The notes beneath the pieces are model-generated. The model ran no database searches and was not told where the DNA came from. It worked only from the letters and a program-made list of their open reading frames with translations. From an uncultured Bacteroidota bacterium (GTDB taxonomy: Bacteria; Bacteroidota; Ignavibacteria; UBA10030; UBA6906): a stretch of DNA of 64,000 nucleotides. How positions within the stretch are numbered: the stretch's first letter is position 1; each line of letters begins with the position of its first letter. Below are positions 29,081-36,917 of the stretch, piece after piece. The stretch covers positions 96,001-160,000 of the forward strand of contig CAVOYH010000003.1 in assembly GCA_963700635.1 (NCBI GenBank), read 5' to 3'. Both the position numbers and the translations under genes were made by a program.

Positions 29081-31434
29081 TCCTTTGCTTCAGTAAGTTT
29101 TTTCAGTTCGCGGACTTTCTCATAAAACTCAGCCAGACCCATTTCCTTGAGGAAGATCATTCCCCGTGCCGCCCGCATACGTGGATGGGAATGTTTCTGG
29201 AAGAAATCGTGACCCAGACAACTCTTCAGCATGTCATACTGCCCCACCTGAATCTGCTGCGCCAGCTCCGAGAACGGGCCGTCATGTTCATAACTCGGGA
29301 ATGAGGCCGCGCTCTGTGAACCGAAACAATTCATAAAGGCAGTGTGCAGCAGCGAGAGGGAATTCAGAGAGACGGGAACCATAAGATCTGTTTCTGACGG
29401 ACGGAAACGATACCACACGTTCCTGTATCCCCAGACCCTCATCGATGTGTCGCCGCTCTCTTTCTCGTACATGCGGAGGCCCTCGGCGACTGCCTGGAGC
29501 GCCTTGTAGTGCGTGTCCGGACCGCTTCCTTCCGGATCAAAGGCGACCGAGAGCACGTTTGGTTTGACTTTCTTAATCAACTGGTAAATAGGGAGAACAT
29601 CCCGGTCCATTTCGGGTTCCTCGGAAAAAATATCTCCTTTGTAGAACCCCAGCCGCAGGGCAGAAATGGCAGACGTGTCAATCCCGAAGTATGCCCAGAG
29701 CAGTTCCACTTCCCATTCCCTGATGGTGCCCTTGAACAACTGAATATCGGGTGGGTCTTTCGCACCCGGATACTGCGTCAGGAAGTACTCCTCCAGTTCT
29801 CTCACCCGTAACCGCAGCACCCGCAGATCACTGGTTTTGTACACTTCTATCAGGTTGCGCAGCATCCGCCGTGCTTCCCCCTCCTCCTTTTTCTCGTCAC
29901 TCTTCCCTGCGACGCCATCAAGGTAGAGGTACACATCTTCCATTCTGCGTGCACTGTTTTTTGGATCGAAGTATCCGTCCTTAAGCAGTTTCGGGAATGC
30001 GCTGCCTCCAAGGTATGTCTGGAGATTCCGGATGATGGAGAGACAAAATGGATTTGCGACCGCGGTGAAGCCCGACGTCAGATTGGCGAAGTAGTGCTTG
30101 TTGCTGGGATCCCGCACAAGATGGTAGATGTGTGCAAGATAGCCGAGCATGATATCATCATGATGTGGTTCGGTGTGGAGGAAAACGGTCCGGGTGACAG
30201 GAGCAAGACCCCAGTCAATTTTCTGGTTCAGCCGTTCCACCACCCCCTGCGTCAGATCCCGGATCGGAAGGCCCGTTTTCTTGAGGAGTTCAATCGCAAA
30301 ACGATCCCGGGCCACATCCTCCTGCTGCAGGGTTGTAAGTTGTTTTCCGCTTTCCAGCGAAAGCTGGATGATGACATCGTCGATATCCGGTTCGGTGATG
30401 GCCGATTTGTTGACAAAATGCTCGAACCGTCGTTCCACAAGCTGGTTCGCCGCCCCCCTGGTGAGGTACATCCTCCCCCCCTCGAGCCCCTGTAACACCG
30501 ATGCCGGATACTGCGGACTACGTTTCTGCTGAATGGCTGATGCCACAATGGACGCCTTGGCGTCTCCCGCCGCGATAATGATTACCGTGGCTGTCGGGTT
30601 GTACGTTATCGACGCCAGTCCGATGGTGATCACAAGACGGCTGCGCGACACTTCGATCCCGCCGAGGTCCGTCGCAGCCGCGGCCTGTGTTTCGTAATTT
30701 GTCCCTGTCAGGCGTGTGACGGAATAGACGCTGGACCCCCGGACATTAAAAGCGATGTGTCCGTCCGGACCGATCCCGCCGAGGAAGAATCCGATCCCGC
30801 CCATCTCGCGGATCCGGCTTTCGTATTCCATGCAGAACTCGTCCACACGGTTGATCACTTCCTTCTGCAGCCGTTCCAAATCGGTTCTGGTTTGACGCAC
30901 CCGGAGGGAGAGATCCACGACATTGTTCGAAAAGACCTCCTGCATCGTGACACCCGGCGGGACGCCCAGACTGGTCGCATCAATCAACAACGCGTTCTCC
31001 GCACGGAGGCCGAATCCCTTCAAATACAGCTCGTTGACGTACCAGTGAAAGCTGTTCTGCTGGGTGGCATCCATGGGGTAAAACTCATCAATCTGAACAA
31101 ACGAAAGACTCTGCATGTCCGGACGCCGGGAGGAATCGATGCCATAGGCTGTACACTGTGTGCGAATCTCGGGAGTGTCCCAGCGCTCCAGAATTCTGGT
31201 CACCCACCTGATAAAATGTTCCGGCGTTTTACCGGTCGGCAGGGAGATCACACCGCCGGGATTCTTCAGAACCCACTCGATGAACCGGAACGCGGTGAGC
31301 TTGCCCAGCAGGGGGAAGTTGTCCACCTCGATAACCCTGATCTTTTCGGTCGGCGGATAGAGGAATGCACGACCACTCTTCTGCAGCTCGTACGTTTCTA
31401 CGGAAGAGGAGATGTTATATGTCCGTTGTGCCAT
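29077..31434 (-). CDS. nagB: Glucosamine-6-phosphate deaminase fused to a PIG-L/LmbE-like domain
   Basis: SLPTGKTP, VQIDEFYP, GGIGPDGHIAFN, ITIGLASI; C-terminal EPHHDD and GPDTH. Start MAQRTY at 31434. Confidence 0.87.
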   Translation of the reverse strand: MAQRTYNISSSVETYELQKSGRAFLYPPTEKIRVIEVDNFPLLGKLTAFRFIEWVLKNPGGVISLPTGKTPEHFIRWVTRILERWDTPEIRTQCTAYGIDSSRRPDMQSLSFVQIDEFYPMDATQQNSFHWYVNELYLKGFGLRAENALLIDATSLGVPPGVTMQEVFSNNVVDLSLRVRQTRTDLERLQKEVINRVDEFCMEYESRIREMGGIGFFLGGIGPDGHIAFNVRGSSVYSVTRLTGTNYETQAAAATDLGGIEVSRSRLVITIGLASITYNPTATVIIIAAGDAKASIVASAIQQKRSPQYPASVLQGLEGGRMYLTRGAANQLVERRFEHFVNKSAITEPDIDDVIIQLSLESGKQLTTLQQEDVARDRFAIELLKKTGLPIRDLTQGVVERLNQKIDWGLAPVTRTVFLHTEPHHDDIMLGYLAHIYHLVRDPSNKHYFANLTSGFTAVANPFCLSIIRNLQTYLGGSAFPKLLKDGYFDPKNSARRMEDVYLYLDGVAGKSDEKKEEGEARRMLRNLIEVYKTSDLRVLRLRVRELEEYFLTQYPGAKDPPDIQLFKGTIREWEVELLWAYFGIDTSAISALRLGFYKGDIFSEEPEMDRDVLPIYQLIKKVKPNVLSVAFDPEGSGPDTHYKALQAVAEGLRMYEKESGDTSMRVWGYRNVWYRFRPSETDLMVPVSLNSLSLLHTAFMNCFGSQSAASFPSYEHDGPFSELAQQIQVGQYDMLKSCLGHDFFQKHSHPRMRAARGMIFLKEMGLAEFYEKVRELKKLTEAKE

Positions 31435-31447
31435 AGGTATCCAGACG

Positions 31448-33178
31448 TCAGTGAGATGTGCCGAGTTTGTAATCAAGCGGAAGCCGGGACAGCCACGGCC
31501 GGAGAAAAGCCGGCACCACTTCATCGTGGCCGACCGCTGCGGGAACTGCCCGGAAACGACGGGCAACCGCACCGGAGAGGGCGCCGGCGAAAGATGTGTG
31601 CTCCTCCTTTAGGTGATCGGTATATGCCGCATCGATGACCCCGGATCCCGATTCAAGCCAGGTACGGTAGTAGTCGAAATTCGCGTAGAAGGCATCAAAG
31701 AGAAAGAGATGCGTGATCACATCGTTCATCATCCCACGGTCGATACAGGTGGCCACCGGCCGGTATCCGCCGCTGTGAGCAGAGAGCACCATATGCGCCA
31801 CGCGCGTGTCGGTTATGACATTTTCCTTTTGCATTGTCCGGACCACATCCTCAACAAACCGCTTCAGGCCGCCGGCATCTTCCATTTTTCCGCCGAAGGA
31901 ATCCCGCGCCCGGTAAGGACCCTGCGGCAACACCAGAATTGCGTTGATCTTCTCATCCACCATCGCCTGAGACATACCGTACCGTTCAAGGACTCCCAAA
32001 TTGTCATTGGAATGCCCGTGGAAGTGCACGATCAGATTCACGCCGTCCGGACCCGGCTTCAGGCCGTCGGGAACAAAAACCACGATACTACTGTCGCTGT
32101 AATGCGGGAAGAGCGGATACCGCGTGCTATCGTTGCGGACCATACCCCGGGCCCGGTCGGGATGCGGAAATGGCGCCGCGGGGGAACGCCAGATTCCCCA
32201 CTTGCCGCCGGGAATGACATTCCAGTCGACGTGTGCGGTGTGTGCGGTGCCGGCCGTGTATCCCGTCATCCCGGTGAAGTGGTTCCAGATGGCACGGGCG
32301 ACATGCGCGGCAAGCAGAACGGCCCCGTTATTTCCCCCGTCCCCGTGATCCGGATGCTTGTCGACCAGAATCGCGACAGCCATGTCGAGTTTGTCGGAAA
32401 GCACCAGCCCGGCGTCGGTCTTTGTCTCCTGCACCCCGCCGGTCTTGTGTGCCACCGCAAACGCGGCGCACTCCTGTGCGGGCAGGAAGCGCGGGATCAT
32501 GGTATTGTACATCTGATCTTTCAGGATGCCGAGCATCTCCCCCGATGCCTGTTCGCTGACAAGCGATTTTCTGTACAGGGCCTCTGAAAGGGTGACCATA
32601 TCTTCCGGCGTGGTTACGCCGATCCCGTAGCGTATACCTTCCGGCGTCCGCTGTTTGGTGTCCCAGGAATAGAGCCTGTTTAATAACCGTGTGTTCTTGA
32701 GACCAACCGTTTTCACAAAATCATTCACATAGGCGAGACGTTCACTGTGGCTCTCCGCCAGCCGGTCAAGGACGAGATTAGTAGCCGTGTTGTCGCTCAG
32801 GATGATCATCAGCCGCACAACATCCCGGAGAGAAAGAGTCGCTCCCTCATCCAGCCCCTGAAGAATCCCCGAACCGGTTTTTTTGTCTGCGGCCGTGAGT
32901 CTGATGCTCATGTCGGGTTTCACGCGTCCTTCAGCGACGGCCTGGAAGTACGCCGCCATCACAGGGTATTTGATCAGACTTGCCGTGGGAAAACGTTCCT
33001 CGGCATTATACCGGACCGTTTCACCGGTCCGGAGGTTTTTCGCCATAACGCCAAGGTGGCCTCCGTACTGACCTTCGAGGCGCTGTATCTCGGCAATCAC
33101 GGATGCTGAATCCGAACCTGCTGCGGCGATTGAGGCCATAGAGACTATCGTCAAGAGGAGTACCAGGAACCGGGACAT
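31448..33178 (-). CDS. Secreted class A beta-lactamase/PBP-fold serine hydrolase fused to an alpha/beta-hydrolase-like domain
   Basis: Signal peptide; FPTASLIK (SxxK), SDN, HKTG; C-terminal HFHGH and SAHSGG nucleophile elbow. Alternative start at 33220. Confidence 0.8.
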   Translation of the reverse strand: MSRFLVLLLTIVSMASIAAAGSDSASVIAEIQRLEGQYGGHLGVMAKNLRTGETVRYNAEERFPTASLIKYPVMAAYFQAVAEGRVKPDMSIRLTAADKKTGSGILQGLDEGATLSLRDVVRLMIILSDNTATNLVLDRLAESHSERLAYVNDFVKTVGLKNTRLLNRLYSWDTKQRTPEGIRYGIGVTTPEDMVTLSEALYRKSLVSEQASGEMLGILKDQMYNTMIPRFLPAQECAAFAVAHKTGGVQETKTDAGLVLSDKLDMAVAILVDKHPDHGDGGNNGAVLLAAHVARAIWNHFTGMTGYTAGTAHTAHVDWNVIPGGKWGIWRSPAAPFPHPDRARGMVRNDSTRYPLFPHYSDSSIVVFVPDGLKPGPDGVNLIVHFHGHSNDNLGVLERYGMSQAMVDEKINAILVLPQGPYRARDSFGGKMEDAGGLKRFVEDVVRTMQKENVITDTRVAHMVLSAHSGGYRPVATCIDRGMMNDVITHLFLFDAFYANFDYYRTWLESGSGVIDAAYTDHLKEEHTSFAGALSGAVARRFRAVPAAVGHDEVVPAFLRPWLSRLPLDYKLGTSH

Positions 33179-33248
33179 AACGAACAACTCTTTTGTTGGA
33201 GATCTTTTTACAGCCGCCACCGGCCCGTCCGGATTGCCCGCATATGTC

Positions 33249-34412
33249 TTATACCTTCAAGAACCACTTCTTCTTCCACATATACCAGACAACAACAAAC
33301 ATGGTGGTAATAAATGTGACGGCAAAGAGTAACGAGGCATTCACCGGACTCGCCAGAGGCACAAACACACTCTGATAGATCCAGACTTGTACGTTCATCT
33401 TCGTTCCATCCCCCGTGGTCCACCTGATGAGGTACATTGTCTTGGCGACCAGGCCTGAGAGCACAAACACCGTGATGGCATTCATTCCATAGATCACAAA
33501 CGGTGTGGCCCACTTCTTTACTTCTTGCACGTCGATCAGCCAGTAGAACATGGCAAGACAGACGTTTGCCCATCCTGCCATAAAAATCGCGTACGAGCTG
33601 GTCCAGAGATTCTTGTTTATCGGCAGCCACATATCGAGCACAGCGCCGAGGAGGAGCAGGACATTCCCTGCCACAAACATCCAGGCCGTTTTTTCTTCCC
33701 GCGACCGGTCCGAACGAAGCCAATGACCTGTGAGGACTCCCAAAAGTGTCGTGCCGATGGCCGGTATCGTGCTGAAGATCCCTTCCGGATCAAAGCCCGG
33801 CACCGGCGCGCCTCGCCAGGTATGCCCACCCAGCAGGTGTGAATCGATGTACCAGCAAAGATTTCCCGTCGGTTCCAGCCCCCCCGCGCCAAATCCCGGA
33901 ACGGGAATGAGCTTGATCATAAGCCAGTAGGAGACCAGAAGTCCGACGATCCAGTACACCTGGCCCTTTACATCCGTATACATAAAAATCGTGCTGGCGA
34001 TAAGGTAGCAGACGGCGATCCGCTGAAGGACGCCCGGGATTCGTATTGTCGCCCAGGAGAACTCATGCGTGGGAAGGAGTCCGAACGGAAACCCGTTGAG
34101 AAAGATTCCGAGTCCGAAGATGATTGCCGCCCGCCTGAAGACATGCAGCAGGAGTTGCGGCTTGTTGGCTCCCTCCTGAACACGGCGGGCAAACGAGAGC
34201 GTCATGGCTACCCCGACGATCCAGAGAAAGAACGGGAAGATAAAGTCTGTGAATGTCCAGCCATGCCATGCCGCATGGCGGAGCTGGGGATAGATATCGC
34301 TCCACGTGCCCGGGTTGTTTACGAGAATCATGCCGGCAATCGTTGCACCGCGGAAGGCATCAAGCGATACGAGGCGTTGCTGAGTCGAGGCCATTCTTTT
34401 CCTGCTGTTCAC
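33249..34412 (-). CDS. Heparan-alpha-glucosaminide N-acetyltransferase-like membrane protein (DUF5009/COG4299, NagX-like)
   Basis: RLVSLDAFRG, MILVN, LRHAAWHG..FTDFIFPFF, PGVLQRI, FDPEG, PINKNLWTSS, YGMNAI. Confidence 0.88.
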   Translation of the reverse strand: MNSRKRMASTQQRLVSLDAFRGATIAGMILVNNPGTWSDIYPQLRHAAWHGWTFTDFIFPFFLWIVGVAMTLSFARRVQEGANKPQLLLHVFRRAAIIFGLGIFLNGFPFGLLPTHEFSWATIRIPGVLQRIAVCYLIASTIFMYTDVKGQVYWIVGLLVSYWLMIKLIPVPGFGAGGLEPTGNLCWYIDSHLLGGHTWRGAPVPGFDPEGIFSTIPAIGTTLLGVLTGHWLRSDRSREEKTAWMFVAGNVLLLLGAVLDMWLPINKNLWTSSYAIFMAGWANVCLAMFYWLIDVQEVKKWATPFVIYGMNAITVFVLSGLVAKTMYLIRWTTGDGTKMNVQVWIYQSVFVPLASPVNASLLFAVTFITTMFVVVWYMWKKKWFLKV

Positions 34413-34447
34413 ATCCGTGTATGGTGTCTTCCGGACCCGCCCGGCGC

Positions 34448-35635
34448 CTACTGAACAGGCACCACCCCGATGCCCGGACGGTCAGGCAGTGTCACTTTCC
34501 CGTCAACAATTGTCGCACCGTCAAAGATGTCGTTCTTGATGAGCACGGCGCCGTCCAGATCGGCCCACTCCGCTAGGGGTGACATCTGGGCGGCGGCTGA
34601 GATGGCACATGACGTTTCGGTCATACACCCCAGCATCACTTTCATGTCCAGCGCGCGGGCGAGGGTAATCATCTTGTACGCTTCACGCATCCCGGTGCAT
34701 TTCATCAGCTTGATGTTGATACCGTCATACACTCCCCATGCCTTCTTCACATCCGGCAGGCGTTGTACGCTTTCGTCACCGATAATCGGCAGGGGGCTCT
34801 TCTCGCGCAGCCACACGATGTCGTCGATCTGTTCTTTTGGCATCGGTTGCTCGACAAACAGAATATTTTTCTTTGCAAGCCATTCGATCATCTGTAACGC
34901 ATCCGTCTTGTCCTTCCATCCCTGGTTCACATCCACCGAGATCGGCGTGTCGGTAACTTCCCGGATGGTTTCGATCATCATCTTGTCCGTATCGCGTCCG
35001 AGTTTGACCTTGAGCACCTTGTAGATGCTCGCTTCTTCGGTCTTCTGGCGCACCACCTCTTTGGTATCAATCCCGATGGTAAACGAAGTCACCGGGGTCT
35101 TTGTTGGATCGAGCCCCCAGATGCGGTACCATGGCTGACCGATCTTCTTCCCCACCCAATCGTGGAGAGCGATATCAACGGCCGCTTTTGCCGCGGGATT
35201 TCCGGGGAGGATGAGGTCGATTGACCTCAGCACATCTTCGAGCTGGAAGGGGTCGGGAAATGCCGACAGGTCGACCATCTCAAGGAACGCGCGTGCCGAC
35301 GCCTGGCTCTCCCCGAGATAAGGGGGCATGGACGCCTCTCCATACCCCACAATCCCGTCCTTTGCCACCTGAACCATCATCGCCGGTGTGGTCGTGCGGG
35401 AACTGGTGGCGATGGTGAAGGTATGTTTGAGCTCGAGGGTGTAGGGATAAAATTCCAGTTTCATGTCATTAACCGAAAGAGTGAATGGAGATGAACCGGC
35501 ACGGGAACCGAACGTCACGGCAACACCGGCAAGAGAAAGAAATCGGAGCACGTCCCGGCGGGTCGTGCCTCCGGCCGGGACAGGGGATACGCCGCTCAGG
35601 CCCGGGAGGAAACGCTGAAGAAGTGAGTTACTCAT
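34448..35635 (-). CDS. Dipeptide (L-Ala-D/L-Glu) epimerase, enolase superfamily, with Tat-like signal
   Basis: GYGEAS, AVDIALHD, KVKLG, DVNQGW, EQP, GDES, NIKLMK, GCMTE, ADLDG; N-terminal TRRDVLR. Confidence 0.9.
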   Translation of the reverse strand: MSNSLLQRFLPGLSGVSPVPAGGTTRRDVLRFLSLAGVAVTFGSRAGSSPFTLSVNDMKLEFYPYTLELKHTFTIATSSRTTTPAMMVQVAKDGIVGYGEASMPPYLGESQASARAFLEMVDLSAFPDPFQLEDVLRSIDLILPGNPAAKAAVDIALHDWVGKKIGQPWYRIWGLDPTKTPVTSFTIGIDTKEVVRQKTEEASIYKVLKVKLGRDTDKMMIETIREVTDTPISVDVNQGWKDKTDALQMIEWLAKKNILFVEQPMPKEQIDDIVWLREKSPLPIIGDESVQRLPDVKKAWGVYDGINIKLMKCTGMREAYKMITLARALDMKVMLGCMTETSCAISAAAQMSPLAEWADLDGAVLIKNDIFDGATIVDGKVTLPDRPGIGVVPVQ

Positions 35636-35661
35636 GAGTATTTCCGTAGTATGGCAGGTCT

Positions 35662-36846
35662 TTAAGGTCGCCGCACTCCCACCGCCTCTCCCAGTCCGAT
35701 AATTCTTCTGGCCCGGAGGAATGTCTGTTCTCTGAACTGGCTGTAGTCGGTGTCGGCGGAAGCCAGGCTGTTGATGCGGACATCGGAGGACGCATGGATA
35801 AACCGTTTGCCTCCGAGCGAGATGGCGACATGCGTTACGCGTTCCTTCCGCTCGGGCGTGGCCCGGAAACCGAAGTACAGGAGGTCACCCGGACTGAGGT
35901 TGATCCCCCCGGTTGTGTCAACGAGTTCGCCCACGTTCACCTGCTGGCTTGCGTCGCGGGGGAGGAGGATACCATTGAGAAAAAACACGGTTTTCGTGAA
36001 CCCCGAACAATCCATCCCCTTGGCGGATGTCCCGCCCCACAGGTATGGAATCCCCATAAAACGTTTAGCCGTTGCGAGAATCGTTTCCGGTGTTTCGTGG
36101 GCCTGTTCCAGCCAATCGCCATAACGTTGCCCCATCTCCTGGGGAAGAAACGCAACACGCCCGTCGGGGTACTCCACGGTATAGTACCCGGCGGCCTGCT
36201 CCTTCAGCGCAAGGATGCTCCCGGCCACCACATCACTGACAACCTGCGATGAACGGTCTCCGGATTGTCTGGTGAACGCGATCTCGGTGGTGACAAGCAG
36301 CTTCGGTTTTGCGGACCAGACAGCGGATTGATCCGGATCCATCATCACCACGTGGTCATCGGTCCAGCCAAGATAGTCATCCGGGGTCTGGACGTAATAC
36401 CATCCGCGTTCCTTCTTAAGAATCCTGAGCGGGGTCCCGAGAAGTGCCTGTGTGCCCATCTCGGCGGCATGGTCCGGCCTCGTACGAATATTGGCGACGC
36501 TGATGCTGACGATACCGGTTGTTTTGTTTCCGAGTGCAGGGTGCGGGAGTACAAGAATGCTGTCTTCGATGGTCACTGCGGCGTGGTCTCGCACGTATGT
36601 GAGGAGTTCTTTTTTGAGTTCGGAAGAGTGAATTTCCCCCTTGAGGACGACGGTTGAGCCATGATGTTCCTGGCGCACATCAAACACCACGGTACGCCGA
36701 TCAGGTGCAAATTTCAACCGGGCCTCCTTGAGCACATCATCCATTATACTGCTCCCCTGCTCCTGAGACGAGGCTGAAGTCGGCCAGACTATGATCGCAA
36801 GAAATAGGCCACAGAGTGGCACTCTGATACATCGAAGTGCATGCAT
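35662..36846 (-). CDS. NlpC/P60 (C40) gamma-D-glutamyl-diamino acid peptidase with SH3b domains (YkfC-like)
   Basis: Signal peptide; TQALLG, PYLWGGTSAKGMDCSGF, LPRDASQQ, GDLLYFG, HVAI, FIHAS. The true end may be 35628 (see frameshift finding). Confidence 0.9.
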   Translation of the reverse strand: MHALRCIRVPLCGLFLAIIVWPTSASSQEQGSSIMDDVLKEARLKFAPDRRTVVFDVRQEHHGSTVVLKGEIHSSELKKELLTYVRDHAAVTIEDSILVLPHPALGNKTTGIVSISVANIRTRPDHAAEMGTQALLGTPLRILKKERGWYYVQTPDDYLGWTDDHVVMMDPDQSAVWSAKPKLLVTTEIAFTRQSGDRSSQVVSDVVAGSILALKEQAAGYYTVEYPDGRVAFLPQEMGQRYGDWLEQAHETPETILATAKRFMGIPYLWGGTSAKGMDCSGFTKTVFFLNGILLPRDASQQVNVGELVDTTGGINLSPGDLLYFGFRATPERKERVTHVAISLGGKRFIHASSDVRINSLASADTDYSQFREQTFLRARRIIGLGEAVGVRRP

Positions 36847-36917
36847 AACAATTCCTTTCAGCAGATACTGTACTCATCGTATACTACGACCCGGACCATC
36901 CATAGACCATATGCGGG

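Noticed and set aside
15686-33178. Two beta-lactamase-fold domains as antibiotic-resistance genes
   Set aside because: Both are fused to other hydrolase domains inside peptidoglycan-salvage operons. An amidase or peptidase role is more parsimonious.
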